DNA from: Candidatus Anstonellales archaeon | GTDB taxonomy: Archaea; Micrarchaeota; Micrarchaeia; Anstonellales; J096 | Length of the DNA stretch: 64,000 nt | Reading direction: 5' to 3' | Assembly (NCBI GenBank): GCA_038890615.1 | Contig: JAWAFI010000001.1 | Span: forward strand, 304,843-368,842 | Part shown: piece by piece, positions 19,212 through 28,313 of the stretch | Layout of the letters: each line of letters starts with the position of its first letter | How positions within the stretch are numbered: position 1 is the first letter of the stretch | Translations under genes and position numbers: made by a program | The notes under the pieces: generated by a model | Told to the model about the DNA's origin: nothing | Database searches by the model: none | What the model saw: only the letters and a program-made list of their open reading frames with translations

Positions 19212-20221
19212 AAAGGATAGTTGCAATAGTAGCCCTTGCGCTTTTCTTCTTTATATTAATAAGCCCTCTTTCTGGGCAGCTGAAGGCATTAGGCGCAATT
19301 CTCGTTCTGTTTTCAGCAGGCATGGCGCTTACTTACCTTGGCATGGAGGGGAGCTATGGGTTTGTGCTCCTAAAATCAGATGTCCATAAGCACATAAGGA
19401 TAAGCCACGCATACAAAGAGCTTGCTGAGGACTTGGTGCGCGCTACGCTCATCCTATCATTCGGAGTATTCTATATCCTTGCTTTCTTGAAGCACCCGAG
19501 AAAGCTTCGCATACTTGCCTTTTACCTCTTTATGGCTATTGGCATAGGTGTGCTTACCTTCTCTGCACTTTCACAGTTTCTAGGCGGATCTCCAAACTTC
19601 TTGGCAATAGGGGTCCTTACTGTGCTTGGGCATGGCACAGTAACCCTGATAAGCTTGATTGCCAACAGCGCGCTCATAATATATACTCTCATATCCGGGG
19701 GCTCACCTGACCCCGGGGCAACACTGCTGCTTCCTGGCATCAACCTGCCTTTGGTGGAAGGCATTTTAGCAGTCATAATACTTGCAGTATTCCACGAGCT
19801 TGGGCATGCTGCACTGTCTTTGTTCAAGAATATTAAGATGCACTCAGCAGGGGCGCTTCTTTTCGGAGTTATCCCTATAGGGGCATTTGTAGAGCCGGAC
19901 GAGGAAGCAATGAAAAAGCTGAGCAAGGAAGACCATGCAGACATACTTGCAGCCGGCTCAGGCTCAAACTACCTCCTTTCAATATTCTTTGCAGGCCTGT
20001 TTTTCGCTTATTCTTATGTAGGAGTCCAGTTCCAGCCCATATCAACTTTCCTCTTTTATTCACTTTTCCTTAATTATATAATAGCTACTGTAAACTGCCT
20101 TCCCATATTCATAACAGATGGGGCAAGATTATTCGCTCTCTATGTGCCTTCACTAGAAAGGTCGCTTAACTTAACCACAGTAATTGCGCTTGCAATAAAC
20201 TTCCTGCCCAACTTCCTGTAG
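19208..20221 (+). CDS. Site-2 protease (M50) membrane metalloprotease
   Basis: HELGH, GAFVEPD, AGSGSN, NxLPxxxTDG. Confidence 0.9.
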   Translation: MKRIVAIVALALFFFILISPLSGQLKALGAILVLFSAGMALTYLGMEGSYGFVLLKSDVHKHIRISHAYKELAEDLVRATLILSFGVFYILAFLKHPRKLRILAFYLFMAIGIGVLTFSALSQFLGGSPNFLAIGVLTVLGHGTVTLISLIANSALIIYTLISGGSPDPGATLLLPGINLPLVEGILAVIILAVFHELGHAALSLFKNIKMHSAGALLFGVIPIGAFVEPDEEAMKKLSKEDHADILAAGSGSNYLLSIFFAGLFFAYSYVGVQFQPISTFLFYSLFLNYIIATVNCLPIFITDGARLFALYVPSLERSLNLTTVIALAINFLPNFL

Positions 20222-20281
20222 TGGCGCCAACGCCAAAAAAGGTTTTTTAAATACCGAAAGTATATACATATGGTGATTCGA

Positions 20282-20512
20282 ATGGCAGATGAAGGTTTTG
20301 AAGAGCTCCCTGCTGAAAAGCAGAAGCCAGAATTCCGGGTTGTCCAGTCAGATAGGGGGCCAAACGGAGAGCAGGTTTACAGGAGCGTAGGTGCAGTTTG
20401 GAAGAACACAAGCAAAAACGGGAAGGTTTTCTATGTCCTCAAAATAGGGAACATGAGGCTTCTTATGTTCCAGGCAAATGAAGGTGGGCCAAGTGGAGAA
20501 GAAGCTTATTAA
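20282..20512 (+). CDS. Small DUF736-like putative nucleic-acid-binding protein
   Basis: SD GGTGA; PEFRV...VGAVW..TSKNG..FY.L pattern; overlaps the radA start. Confidence 0.55.
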   Translation: MADEGFEELPAEKQKPEFRVVQSDRGPNGEQVYRSVGAVWKNTSKNGKVFYVLKIGNMRLLMFQANEGGPSGEEAY

Positions 20513-21440
20513 GGATCTTGAAGACCTCCCAGGAATTGGGGAGGTTACTGCAGAGAAGCTCAGGAAGGCCGGCTATACAGAGGTTACACAGATCGCAGTC
20601 GCATCACCTTATGAAATAAGTGAGGTTGCAGAGATTTCGCTCGAGTCAGCAAAAAAGGCAATAGAGGCATCAAAAGCTGCGCTTATAGCCGAATTTGAAA
20701 CAGCAGACAAGATACTCGAAAGAAGGAAGACAATAAAGAGGATAACCACAGGCTCAGATAAATTTGATTCGCTCTTAGGAGGGGGGATTGAAACACAAGC
20801 TCTGACAGAATGCTACGGCAAGTTCAGCTCAGGGAAAAGCCAGATTGGCTTCCAGCTCAGCGTAAATGTGCAGCTGCCTGAGGGACAAGGGGGCTTGGGC
20901 GGCAGGGTGCTTTTCATAGACACCGAAAGCACCTTTAGGCCTGAAAGGATAGCAGAAATAGCCAAGGCAAAGGGGCTTGACCAAGAAGAAGTGCTTAAGA
21001 ACATATTTTACACCCGAGCAGAGAATTCAGACCACCAGCTCCTTATCACTGAAAAGGCAGAGGAGCTTATAAGCGAGCAGAACATAAAGCTTATCGTAAT
21101 AGATTCAATGACCTCCCACTTCAGGGCTGACTACTTGGGCAGAGGGGCACTTGGGGAGCGCCAGCAGAAGCTAAACAAGCACATACACCTTCTCCAGAGA
21201 TACGCAGACAAATACAACCTCGCAGTGTATTTCACCAACCAAGTGATGGACAACCCAGCAATAATGTTTGGGGACCCAACCACCCCCATAGGCGGCAACG
21301 TGATAGCTCATGCAGCAACATACAGGGTCTATCTCAGGAAAAGCAAGGATACCAAGAGGATCGCCCGCCTTACCGATTCTCCATCAATGCCTGAAGGGGA
21401 AGTTGTTTTCCGAATCACTGAAAAGGGGATTGAGGACTAA
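20493..21440 (+). CDS. radA: DNA repair and recombination protein RadA
   Basis: HhH N-domain LEDLPGIG, Walker [29 protein letters not shown]. Start uncertain (GTG 20493 or ATG 20478). Confidence 0.97.
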   Translation: MEKKLIKDLEDLPGIGEVTAEKLRKAGYTEVTQIAVASPYEISEVAEISLESAKKAIEASKAALIAEFETADKILERRKTIKRITTGSDKFDSLLGGGIETQALTECYGKFSSGKSQIGFQLSVNVQLPEGQGGLGGRVLFIDTESTFRPERIAEIAKAKGLDQEEVLKNIFYTRAENSDHQLLITEKAEELISEQNIKLIVIDSMTSHFRADYLGRGALGERQQKLNKHIHLLQRYADKYNLAVYFTNQVMDNPAIMFGDPTTPIGGNVIAHAATYRVYLRKSKDTKRIARLTDSPSMPEGEVVFRITEKGIED

Positions 21441-21442
21441 AG

Positions 21443-22558
21443 ATGATTTTCTTTGAAAAAGGCAAGGTATGGGCTGACGCAAGCGAGCATTCCTACCTCA
21501 TAGAATCCTTTTTCGGCAAAAAGAAAGGAAAAAAGATATTCCTTTCCCCAGTGGAGGCGCTCTACCTTGCAGAGATGCGCAACGAGGAGATTGTATCTAT
21601 AGATACAAAAACCCCGCTTTCCCTCCACGAAATTTATGAAGGTGTTAAGCCAAACCTAACCCTCTACTTCGTTTACAAGGACTGGAAGGAAAGGGGCCTT
21701 TTCCTGCTCCCTTTTTCAAGCTCAGCCTCAGGCGAGCCAAAGCCTGCCCTTTCTTACAAATCCTCCCCAGTTTGCCTTCCCCCCTACACCCTCTCAGGAA
21801 TATTTTCAGCAGAGACATTGACTGCATACATACCAAACCCCCCTAAAACCCTTTATACTGAATACTGGTTCGGCCAGCTCGGAGACTACAAGGCAGAGCA
21901 GAAGGGCAAATCCTTGAAGCTCGATGTGTTCGAAACAGCCTATCTTTCAAAGAAAGGGCTTCTTTCAGTGCCAAGGGAATTCTTCCGCATAGCATCCTCC
22001 CGCCTTCCGGACTTTGAAGACATGCTTTCTGTATATTCTGATTGGCGCGACCATGGCTATGTAGTAAAAACAGGGTTCAAGTTTGGCTCCCATTTCCGCA
22101 TATACTTTCCAGGCGCAAAGCCAGGCTTTGCAGGGGCATGGAAGCATTCCAAGCATGTGCTCCATGTGTTTTCAGAGAAGGACCGCTTGCTCGTTTCAGA
22201 ATGGGCGCGCGCTGTCAGGGTAGCCCACTCAGTAAAAAAAACCTTCATACTTGGGATGAAGCCCTCCAAAGCTTCATCAAGGGCAAAACCACATTTCGCA
22301 GCATTCAGCCGCGAGGGCACTGCAGGCCTTACCCCGGCAACATCTAAACCATCTTATGCCTTGCTCTGCCTCCACGAGGACCAGTATATAGGAGGAAAGG
22401 ACTTTGCTTCATACTTGGCCTCTGCTGAAAAGGCAGGGCTAACCCTTTTGGTTGCAATAGTTGACCGCGAAACCAGCGTTACTTATTATGAAATAAAAAG
22501 AATACAGCTTGCTGAAAGCCCCCTCTCTTACTTTGAGATTGCTTGGGTGCAACCCTAA
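21443..22558 (+). CDS. endA: tRNA splicing endonuclease, three-unit (epsilon2-like) architecture
   Basis: LSPVEALYL unit; catalytic unit with GFKFGSHFRIY, HSKH, RVAHSVKK; C-terminal beta unit; loop GDYKAEQK resembling the ARMAN-specific loop. Confidence 0.88.
   Translation: MIFFEKGKVWADASEHSYLIESFFGKKKGKKIFLSPVEALYLAEMRNEEIVSIDTKTPLSLHEIYEGVKPNLTLYFVYKDWKERGLFLLPFSSSASGEPKPALSYKSSPVCLPPYTLSGIFSAETLTAYIPNPPKTLYTEYWFGQLGDYKAEQKGKSLKLDVFETAYLSKKGLLSVPREFFRIASSRLPDFEDMLSVYSDWRDHGYVVKTGFKFGSHFRIYFPGAKPGFAGAWKHSKHVLHVFSEKDRLLVSEWARAVRVAHSVKKTFILGMKPSKASSRAKPHFAAFSREGTAGLTPATSKPSYALLCLHEDQYIGGKDFASYLASAEKAGLTLLVAIVDRETSVTYYEIKRIQLAESPLSYFEIAWVQP
21591..21608. promoter_or_regulatory. Palindrome copy 3, perfect TTGTATCTATAGATACAA, inside the endA coding sequence
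   Basis: Perfect 18-bp dyad overlapping the codons for IVSIDT. Confidence 0.7.
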
Positions 22559-22591
22559 TCTTTTAAAACCTCTTTTTGTTTTAATATCTAA

Positions 22592-22662
22592 GCGGTCATA
22601 GTCTAGTGGCAGGATTCCAGCTTCCCAAGCTGGCGACCCGGGTTCAAATCCCGGTGGCCGCA
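22592..22662 (+). tRNA. tRNA-Gly(CCC)
   Basis: Acceptor GCGGTCA/TGGCCGC, anticodon arm CCAGC-TTCCCAA-GCTGG, T arm CCGGG-TTCAAAT-CCCGG. Confidence 0.97.
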
Positions 22663-22663
22663 T

Positions 22664-23128
22664 ATGCGCATATCTGTCCTCCGCTTGGGCCATCGCATAC
22701 GGAGGGACAAGCGAATAACAACCCACGTGGCTTTAGTTGCCCGCGCCTTCCTTGCAGATGAAATTGTTCTAAGCGGGGAAAAGGACAATAGCGTAATAGA
22801 TAGCATCAGCAAGGTTGTCAAACATTGGGGTGGCTCCTTTAGGGCATCCTACTCAAAGGACTACATATCAACAATCCTATCCTACAGGAAGAAAGGGTAT
22901 GCTGCATGCCACCTTACTATGAAGGGCGAGCCAATAAAGAAGCTCCTTCCAGTACTTCAATCCAAAAGCAGGATACTTGCCATTGTTGGCGCTGAGAAGG
23001 TCCCCATTTCAGTTTATAAGAACTCAGATTACAACATAGCAATCACAAAGCAGCCCCATTCAGAAGTTGGCGCGCTAGCTGTTTTTCTCAACATTCTGCA
23101 GAATTCTGCACCTCTTGAAAAGTGGTAA
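22664..23128 (+). CDS. trm56: tRNA (cytidine56-2'-O)-methyltransferase
   Basis: LRLGHR..RDKRITTHVALVARA, HLTM.G, VGAEKVP, QPHSEV.ALAVFL. Confidence 0.95.
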   Translation: MRISVLRLGHRIRRDKRITTHVALVARAFLADEIVLSGEKDNSVIDSISKVVKHWGGSFRASYSKDYISTILSYRKKGYAACHLTMKGEPIKKLLPVLQSKSRILAIVGAEKVPISVYKNSDYNIAITKQPHSEVGALAVFLNILQNSAPLEKW

Positions 23129-23168
23129 AGCGAAACGCTTTTAAAAAAAAACAAAACATAAACTATCA

Positions 23169-23846
23169 ATGCATTCGCTTGTCCGCCAATTTGCAGAACA
23201 GGCCCTTGAAAGATCCTCTAAATTCCAGAACATGGCTTCTTTGTTCAGCAAATTCAAGATTGAGCCACCTATAGAGATATCCCATTCCTCTCGCAAGACA
23301 TATATATCGGATTTCGACATAAACACCCTCTATGATCATGCTTCTTCAATCTCCCAACAGTTTCCCTGGAAGAAAAAAGGGCTTTTCTACTTCTTGAGCA
23401 TATCAATGGCGCATATAGAGAATACTTATGCATACTTCATGGTCAAATACAACGGTCATTTCAAGCAGGTCCCCATCTCTGCTTACTTGAATAGCAACGG
23501 CTCCCCAAAGTTTGGATTCTTATATGCATGCATCCCAAACAGGGCAAAGCGCTCCAATCACAAGCACCTAAGGAGCATTCCTAAGATAGCTTGCGCCTGC
23601 TGCGCTGCGACTTCCAATAGCCACCACAACCTAACCCTCCACCATATAGTGCCCGTTTCTCTTAAGGGCACCAACGACCCGGCAAACATAATAGTGCTGT
23701 GCAAAACATGCCATCAGCACATAGAAGAGGTCCTTTTCCAGATAGAGAAGGGGGTGCTAAAGCAAAAGGCCCCATTTTTTTTCCTAGATTATCTTTATCT
23801 TTTGGGTGAATATATATCATTTATTAATAGCTCCCCCAAAAATTAG
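23169..23846 (+). CDS. HNH endonuclease domain protein
   Basis: CACC...LTLHHIVPVSLKGTND.ANIIVLCKTCH. Confidence 0.85.
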   Translation: MHSLVRQFAEQALERSSKFQNMASLFSKFKIEPPIEISHSSRKTYISDFDINTLYDHASSISQQFPWKKKGLFYFLSISMAHIENTYAYFMVKYNGHFKQVPISAYLNSNGSPKFGFLYACIPNRAKRSNHKHLRSIPKIACACCAATSNSHHNLTLHHIVPVSLKGTNDPANIIVLCKTCHQHIEEVLFQIEKGVLKQKAPFFFLDYLYLLGEYISFINSSPKN

Positions 23847-23848
23847 CA

Positions 23849-24727
23849 ATGGCAGACATCCAAACAATAGCGACGTTCCCTTTCTGCAGGGAGGCAAAGA
23901 TTTTCATAGAGCAGCTGAAGCCAGAGGTCAACGAATACAACCTTGAGCTTGGGCTCCGCAGGATTGAAAAGGCCATTAAGGGAAAGCCAGCGCAGAAAGT
24001 ATTCTTTGATGAGAAATATGCAGAAGAGGAAATCATTTCCTATGCATTTTCTAGGCTTATTCTCGCATACGCCCAGAACCACTATCTCCTCTCCCGCTGC
24101 GCTATTTTTGAGGCAAAGCAGGCAAGGCGGAACATGACAATGCAGAGCATCCCTTATCTTTCAGCGGAGTTTGGCATACAGGGGCATGAGCTAAAAGTCA
24201 CTTCTTATTTGATGTTTGCCCCCAGTACCCCTCACTACATGCTCCTTAACCGCGAGCTCTCCAAAGGGGTCGTGAAAATAAACCACGAGGAGCACGAGCG
24301 CCTCATAGAGGAGGCAATAACGAGGCGCCTGCTTTCAATAGAAAAGCCTGCGGAGCCGAACAAGCTGGCCCAAAAGTACGCTTCTATGGCTATCTCGCTT
24401 ATACCTTCTTCACCTTCCAAGATCAAGCCATCAGCAGGGATGCCGCCTTGCATAAAAAGGATGATAGAGGATGCATTGGCCCACCGCAACCTAAGCCATA
24501 CAGAGCGATGGGTGCTTGCAGCATATTTAATAAGGAATGGCTATTCAAACAGCGAGATAAGCAGCATATTCAGCAACCTTCCTGACTACAATGAAAAGAT
24601 AACAAGCTACCATCTGGAGCATATAAGGAAAAAGGGCTACTCCGTTCCTTCATGCGACAAGCTTAAGATGTATGGCATATGCACAGAGGATTGCAAGAAA
24701 GGCTATTTCAGGGGGAAGGCAAAATGA
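23849..24727 (+). CDS. priL: DNA primase large subunit
   Basis: FPF..EA, PPCI, NLSH.ER, PDYNEKIT.YH.EH, Y..PSC.KL...GIC. Confidence 0.92.
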   Translation: MADIQTIATFPFCREAKIFIEQLKPEVNEYNLELGLRRIEKAIKGKPAQKVFFDEKYAEEEIISYAFSRLILAYAQNHYLLSRCAIFEAKQARRNMTMQSIPYLSAEFGIQGHELKVTSYLMFAPSTPHYMLLNRELSKGVVKINHEEHERLIEEAITRRLLSIEKPAEPNKLAQKYASMAISLIPSSPSKIKPSAGMPPCIKRMIEDALAHRNLSHTERWVLAAYLIRNGYSNSEISSIFSNLPDYNEKITSYHLEHIRKKGYSVPSCDKLKMYGICTEDCKKGYFRGKAK

Positions 24728-25695
24728 ACATGCTTTTCAAAGAATATTACAAAAGCGCAGAGATTCAGGCAAGGAAGGTTTCCCTGCGCGAGTTTGGAGT
24801 TGGCAACCTTGAAAGGAAGATAGCTGTCCGCCACCTTTCATTCAAGAGCAACAGCGAGCTTAACTCCTTCCTGCGCAACGGCGCCCCTTTCTATATATCA
24901 TATTCAGCCTCCCTTTACAAGCAGCCATGGGCAACACCAATGGAAAGCAAAGGGCGCATAGGGTGCGAGCTCATATTTGACATAGACGGAAAGGAATGCT
25001 CAAGAAGCTCAATAGCGCAGTCCCGCGATGCCCTAATAAAGCTGATGAACATAATTGAAGAGGATTTTGGCCTTTCCAAGAACGATTACCTTGTTTTCTT
25101 CTCTGGAAACAGGGGCTTCCATTTGCATGTGATAGCTGAAGATTACCTGCCCTTAAGCTCTGATTCCAGGCGCCAGATTGCTGACTACCTTACCTGCGCA
25201 AGCTATGCTGACTTATTCAGGGCAGAGCCGGTCGGGCGCTCCGAGAAGATTATAGGCCCTTCCACTGATGATATGGGGCAGAAAGGCAGGATAGCAAGAG
25301 CTGTTTTCGCCAAGTTTGGGAAAATAAAAGGGAACAACTGGACGCTTCTTAAGCCTGTTGAGGAGAAAGTGCTTTCTATACTTCCGCAAATATCAGTCCC
25401 TATAGATGCAGCAGTTACAACAGACCTTTCAAAGCTCATAAGGATGCCTTTGAGCTTGCATGGGTCAACAGGATTAATAGTCAAAAATTTAGACGACCCT
25501 TACTCATTCGATCCTTTCAATGATGCTGTTGTGAAGACAAAATCCACAGCCCTTTTTACTCCTAACCAGCATATACCTTCTATTGAGTTTGGGGGGGTCA
25601 CCCAAGAGGAACTAAGCCCTTCCTCAACCTACACACTAAACCTCTCTTATGCGACTTTCCTTGCACTGAGGGGCAAAGGGTCTATTTCTTGCTGA
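24724..25695 (+). CDS. priS: DNA primase small (catalytic) subunit
   Basis: REFG, RH..F, ELIFDID, FSGNRGFH, D..VT.D..KLIRMP.SLHG.TG. Confidence 0.95.
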   Translation: MNMLFKEYYKSAEIQARKVSLREFGVGNLERKIAVRHLSFKSNSELNSFLRNGAPFYISYSASLYKQPWATPMESKGRIGCELIFDIDGKECSRSSIAQSRDALIKLMNIIEEDFGLSKNDYLVFFSGNRGFHLHVIAEDYLPLSSDSRRQIADYLTCASYADLFRAEPVGRSEKIIGPSTDDMGQKGRIARAVFAKFGKIKGNNWTLLKPVEEKVLSILPQISVPIDAAVTTDLSKLIRMPLSLHGSTGLIVKNLDDPYSFDPFNDAVVKTKSTALFTPNQHIPSIEFGGVTQEELSPSSTYTLNLSYATFLALRGKGSISC

Positions 25696-26062
25696 GGCTT
25701 ATCCTTGGCGGCACGAAAGGCGCCCCAAGGTTTAGGACCTTGGCAACCATCGTTGCATTATAGCTTCCGCTGTAGTTGAGCGCATTCAGCACGCTTTCAA
25801 CCATATCCTCAGGAAGCTTCTTCTCCTTCTTCCACTTATCAACAATCTTTTCCCTCGTCTTCTTGTCTTCCTGAAGGAAAAGCACGCCTTTTATCATTAT
25901 CTTGCCAACATTATCCTTGTATTCCACTGTGTAGTAATAACTGATCTCTACGTACTCTTTGTCTTCCACACCCTCTATCCCTATATTGACATTAAGGCCT
26001 TTGTGAATCTCCTCCTTGTACTTTTCTGCTTCCACTTTTGTTATCTTTCCTCCAACGATCAT
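25682..26062 (-). CDS. Hypothetical protein resembling a conserved archaeal family
   Basis: Well-formed 126-aa ORF with an upstream GTGGT SD-like site; G.I.IKG...and LNL..PF.PP pattern. Confidence 0.7.
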   Translation of the reverse strand: MIVGGKITKVEAEKYKEEIHKGLNVNIGIEGVEDKEYVEISYYYTVEYKDNVGKIMIKGVLFLQEDKKTREKIVDKWKKEKKLPEDMVESVLNALNYSGSYNATMVAKVLNLGAPFVPPRISLSKK

Positions 26063-26125
26063 TTGACCACACTCTTGATTGTTTTATACCATCAAGCATT
26101 TAAAGTTATTCCCTCATGGATTTAT

Positions 26126-26932
26126 GTGAGAAAGCTCCTCGTGCTTTTGCTTCTGCTGGCCCCTCTGCATGCAGCTTTTGACCTTAGGTCAGCTGACATA
26201 GAGGTTATAATATCCCCATCAGGGGAAGTCCATGTTACGGAGAAGTACGACATACTTGTGCCTTCTGGCTTTGAAACTACAACATACAATAGCCTGCTTT
26301 CAAAGCCGCATGATTTGGCTACATGGAGCACAAGCACCAACATATCGGAGCTGCGCCTGCATGTTGACAGGGGGGTGGTAAGCGTAGACAACCTTGCCAT
26401 AAAGCCCCAGCCGCTTTCCCAATGCAACCCCCTTTCATACATATGCCACGGTATAATAATAGTGGATTATGATGTTTCCCCATATCCGGGCACGAACACA
26501 ACCATAGTAGCCATAATGGAGTACAAGCCAAGGACAAAAAGATATACATTCAATCCTTCAATACTTTCGTTCTTGCGCAGCGATGCAGGAGACATGCTTA
26601 TTGACAGCAAAACCACATTGACTTTTACCCTCCCAAAAGATTCAGTTATTGTCTCCTTAAATCCACTCATAGGCTACTCGCCAAGCGATTTCCCGCTTAA
26701 GGGGGTTTCCCAGGTTTCATTCAGGAACACAATCCTAGTCCAGTTCTCCCTTGTTTTTGAAAGGGAGGAATCTATTATAGTTGAGGTTTCAGATTTCTTT
26801 TCCTACCTATACCTGTCCCTTTTCTCAATATTTACGAAGCCAGAAGGGGTCATAATGGGGGCAGTGATTATACTCATAGTTGGGGTTTTCATATATGCAG
26901 AAAAGCTTAGAAAGGGGTGGAAGGTTGGCTGA
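26126..26932 (+). CDS. Secreted, C-terminally membrane-anchored protein
   Basis: GTG start gives signal peptide MRKLLVLLLLLAPLHA; C-terminal TM helix. Confidence 0.7.
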   Translation: MRKLLVLLLLLAPLHAAFDLRSADIEVIISPSGEVHVTEKYDILVPSGFETTTYNSLLSKPHDLATWSTSTNISELRLHVDRGVVSVDNLAIKPQPLSQCNPLSYICHGIIIVDYDVSPYPGTNTTIVAIMEYKPRTKRYTFNPSILSFLRSDAGDMLIDSKTTLTFTLPKDSVIVSLNPLIGYSPSDFPLKGVSQVSFRNTILVQFSLVFEREESIIVEVSDFFSYLYLSLFSIFTKPEGVIMGAVIILIVGVFIYAEKLRKGWKVG

Positions 26933-28313
26933 GCGCAGCATACTTGAATTTATAAAGCAGAAGAAGACAGCCACCCTAGATGAAATCATAGAGCAAGGCT
27001 TCGAGCCAAACTCAGCAATGGGCGCTCTCTACGAGCTCCAGAAGCAAGGTGCAATAGAATTAAAGGAATGGGTTGAGCATTCTTATGAGCTTACAGAAGA
27101 AGCAGAGCGCTACCTGAAAGAGGGCTTCCCGGAAGAAACAGTGCTGAAAAAGAGTTCCATTGCCCAGCTCACTGAGCAGGAGAAGAAGATAGGGCTTTTT
27201 TGGGCAAGGAAGAACGGATGGCTTAAAGTAGAGGGCACCTCTCTCAAAGTGCTAAACAAGCCGGAGCTTAGCGAGCATAGGCGCATATGCGAGCGCATAA
27301 AGGCCAGCAAAGGGGTTTCTGAAGAAGAAGTAAAGGATCTAATAAGGAGAGGGTTGGTAAAAAGGAAAGGAATCCGCAAGGTTGTTGCAACCATAAAAGA
27401 AGAGGCATATTCAGGGCTCCAGCTTTCAAGGGCCCCACTCATTAAGGCAATAACTTCTGAAGTCATAAAGAGCAAGGAGTGGAAAAAAGGGGTTGAGCCC
27501 TACCGCATGGTCAAATCAGGCTGCTCTGAGATAGGAAAGCGCCATCCTTTGGACATCATAATAGCGAAGATAAAAAGCATTTTTGTCAGGATGGGGTTCA
27601 CAGAGATGGAGGATGGGCCGTACATAGAAGACGCATTTTGGAACTTTGACGCCTTGCTCCAGCCCCAAGACCACCCATCAAGAGACCTTGCCGATACTTT
27701 CTACCTGAGCGGCCAAGCCGAGCCAAAAGGCAAGGTTTTTACTGAGAGGACAAAAGAAGTCCATGAGCGCTTTTGGCAGGAAGAGTGGAAGCCAGAGATA
27801 GCCCTGCAGAAGGTCCTCCGCACCCACACAACTGCAGTAAGCGCCCGCACTTTATTCCAGAAAAAAGGGCCGCTGCGCATGTTCAACATATCCCGCGTTT
27901 TTAGGAACGAGGCTACGGATCAGAAGCATTTGACAGAGTTCCACCATGTTGAGGGGATTGCCAGTTGGGAAGGGGCATCGTTCAGAGACTTGCTTTCAAT
28001 AATAAAAGGGTTTTATTCAATGCTAGGGCTGCAGAGGGTTAGGTTCATACCATCATACTACCCCTATACCGAGCCCAGCGTTCAGGTTGAATTTTTTTAT
28101 GAGAAGAAAAAATCATGGATAGAAATAGGCGGGGCAGGGGTTTTCAGGCCAGAGGTAAGCGAAATACTGGAAGCCCCATACCCTGTCCTTGCTTTTGGGC
28201 AGAGCCTTGAAAGGCCATTGATGGTGTTGCTTGAGATGGACGACATAAGGAACTTTTACATCAGCGACCTTGATTGGCTGAGAGAAGGAAGATGGCAGCG
28301 GATAAGATTCTGA
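26925..28313 (+). CDS. pheS: Phenylalanine--tRNA ligase alpha subunit
   Basis: FWNFDAL..PQDHPSRDLADTF, LRTHTT, VFRNE..D..H..EFH, YYPYTEPS, GAGVFRPE. Confidence 0.96.
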   Translation: MAERSILEFIKQKKTATLDEIIEQGFEPNSAMGALYELQKQGAIELKEWVEHSYELTEEAERYLKEGFPEETVLKKSSIAQLTEQEKKIGLFWARKNGWLKVEGTSLKVLNKPELSEHRRICERIKASKGVSEEEVKDLIRRGLVKRKGIRKVVATIKEEAYSGLQLSRAPLIKAITSEVIKSKEWKKGVEPYRMVKSGCSEIGKRHPLDIIIAKIKSIFVRMGFTEMEDGPYIEDAFWNFDALLQPQDHPSRDLADTFYLSGQAEPKGKVFTERTKEVHERFWQEEWKPEIALQKVLRTHTTAVSARTLFQKKGPLRMFNISRVFRNEATDQKHLTEFHHVEGIASWEGASFRDLLSIIKGFYSMLGLQRVRFIPSYYPYTEPSVQVEFFYEKKKSWIEIGGAGVFRPEVSEILEAPYPVLAFGQSLERPLMVLLEMDDIRNFYISDLDWLREGRWQRIRF

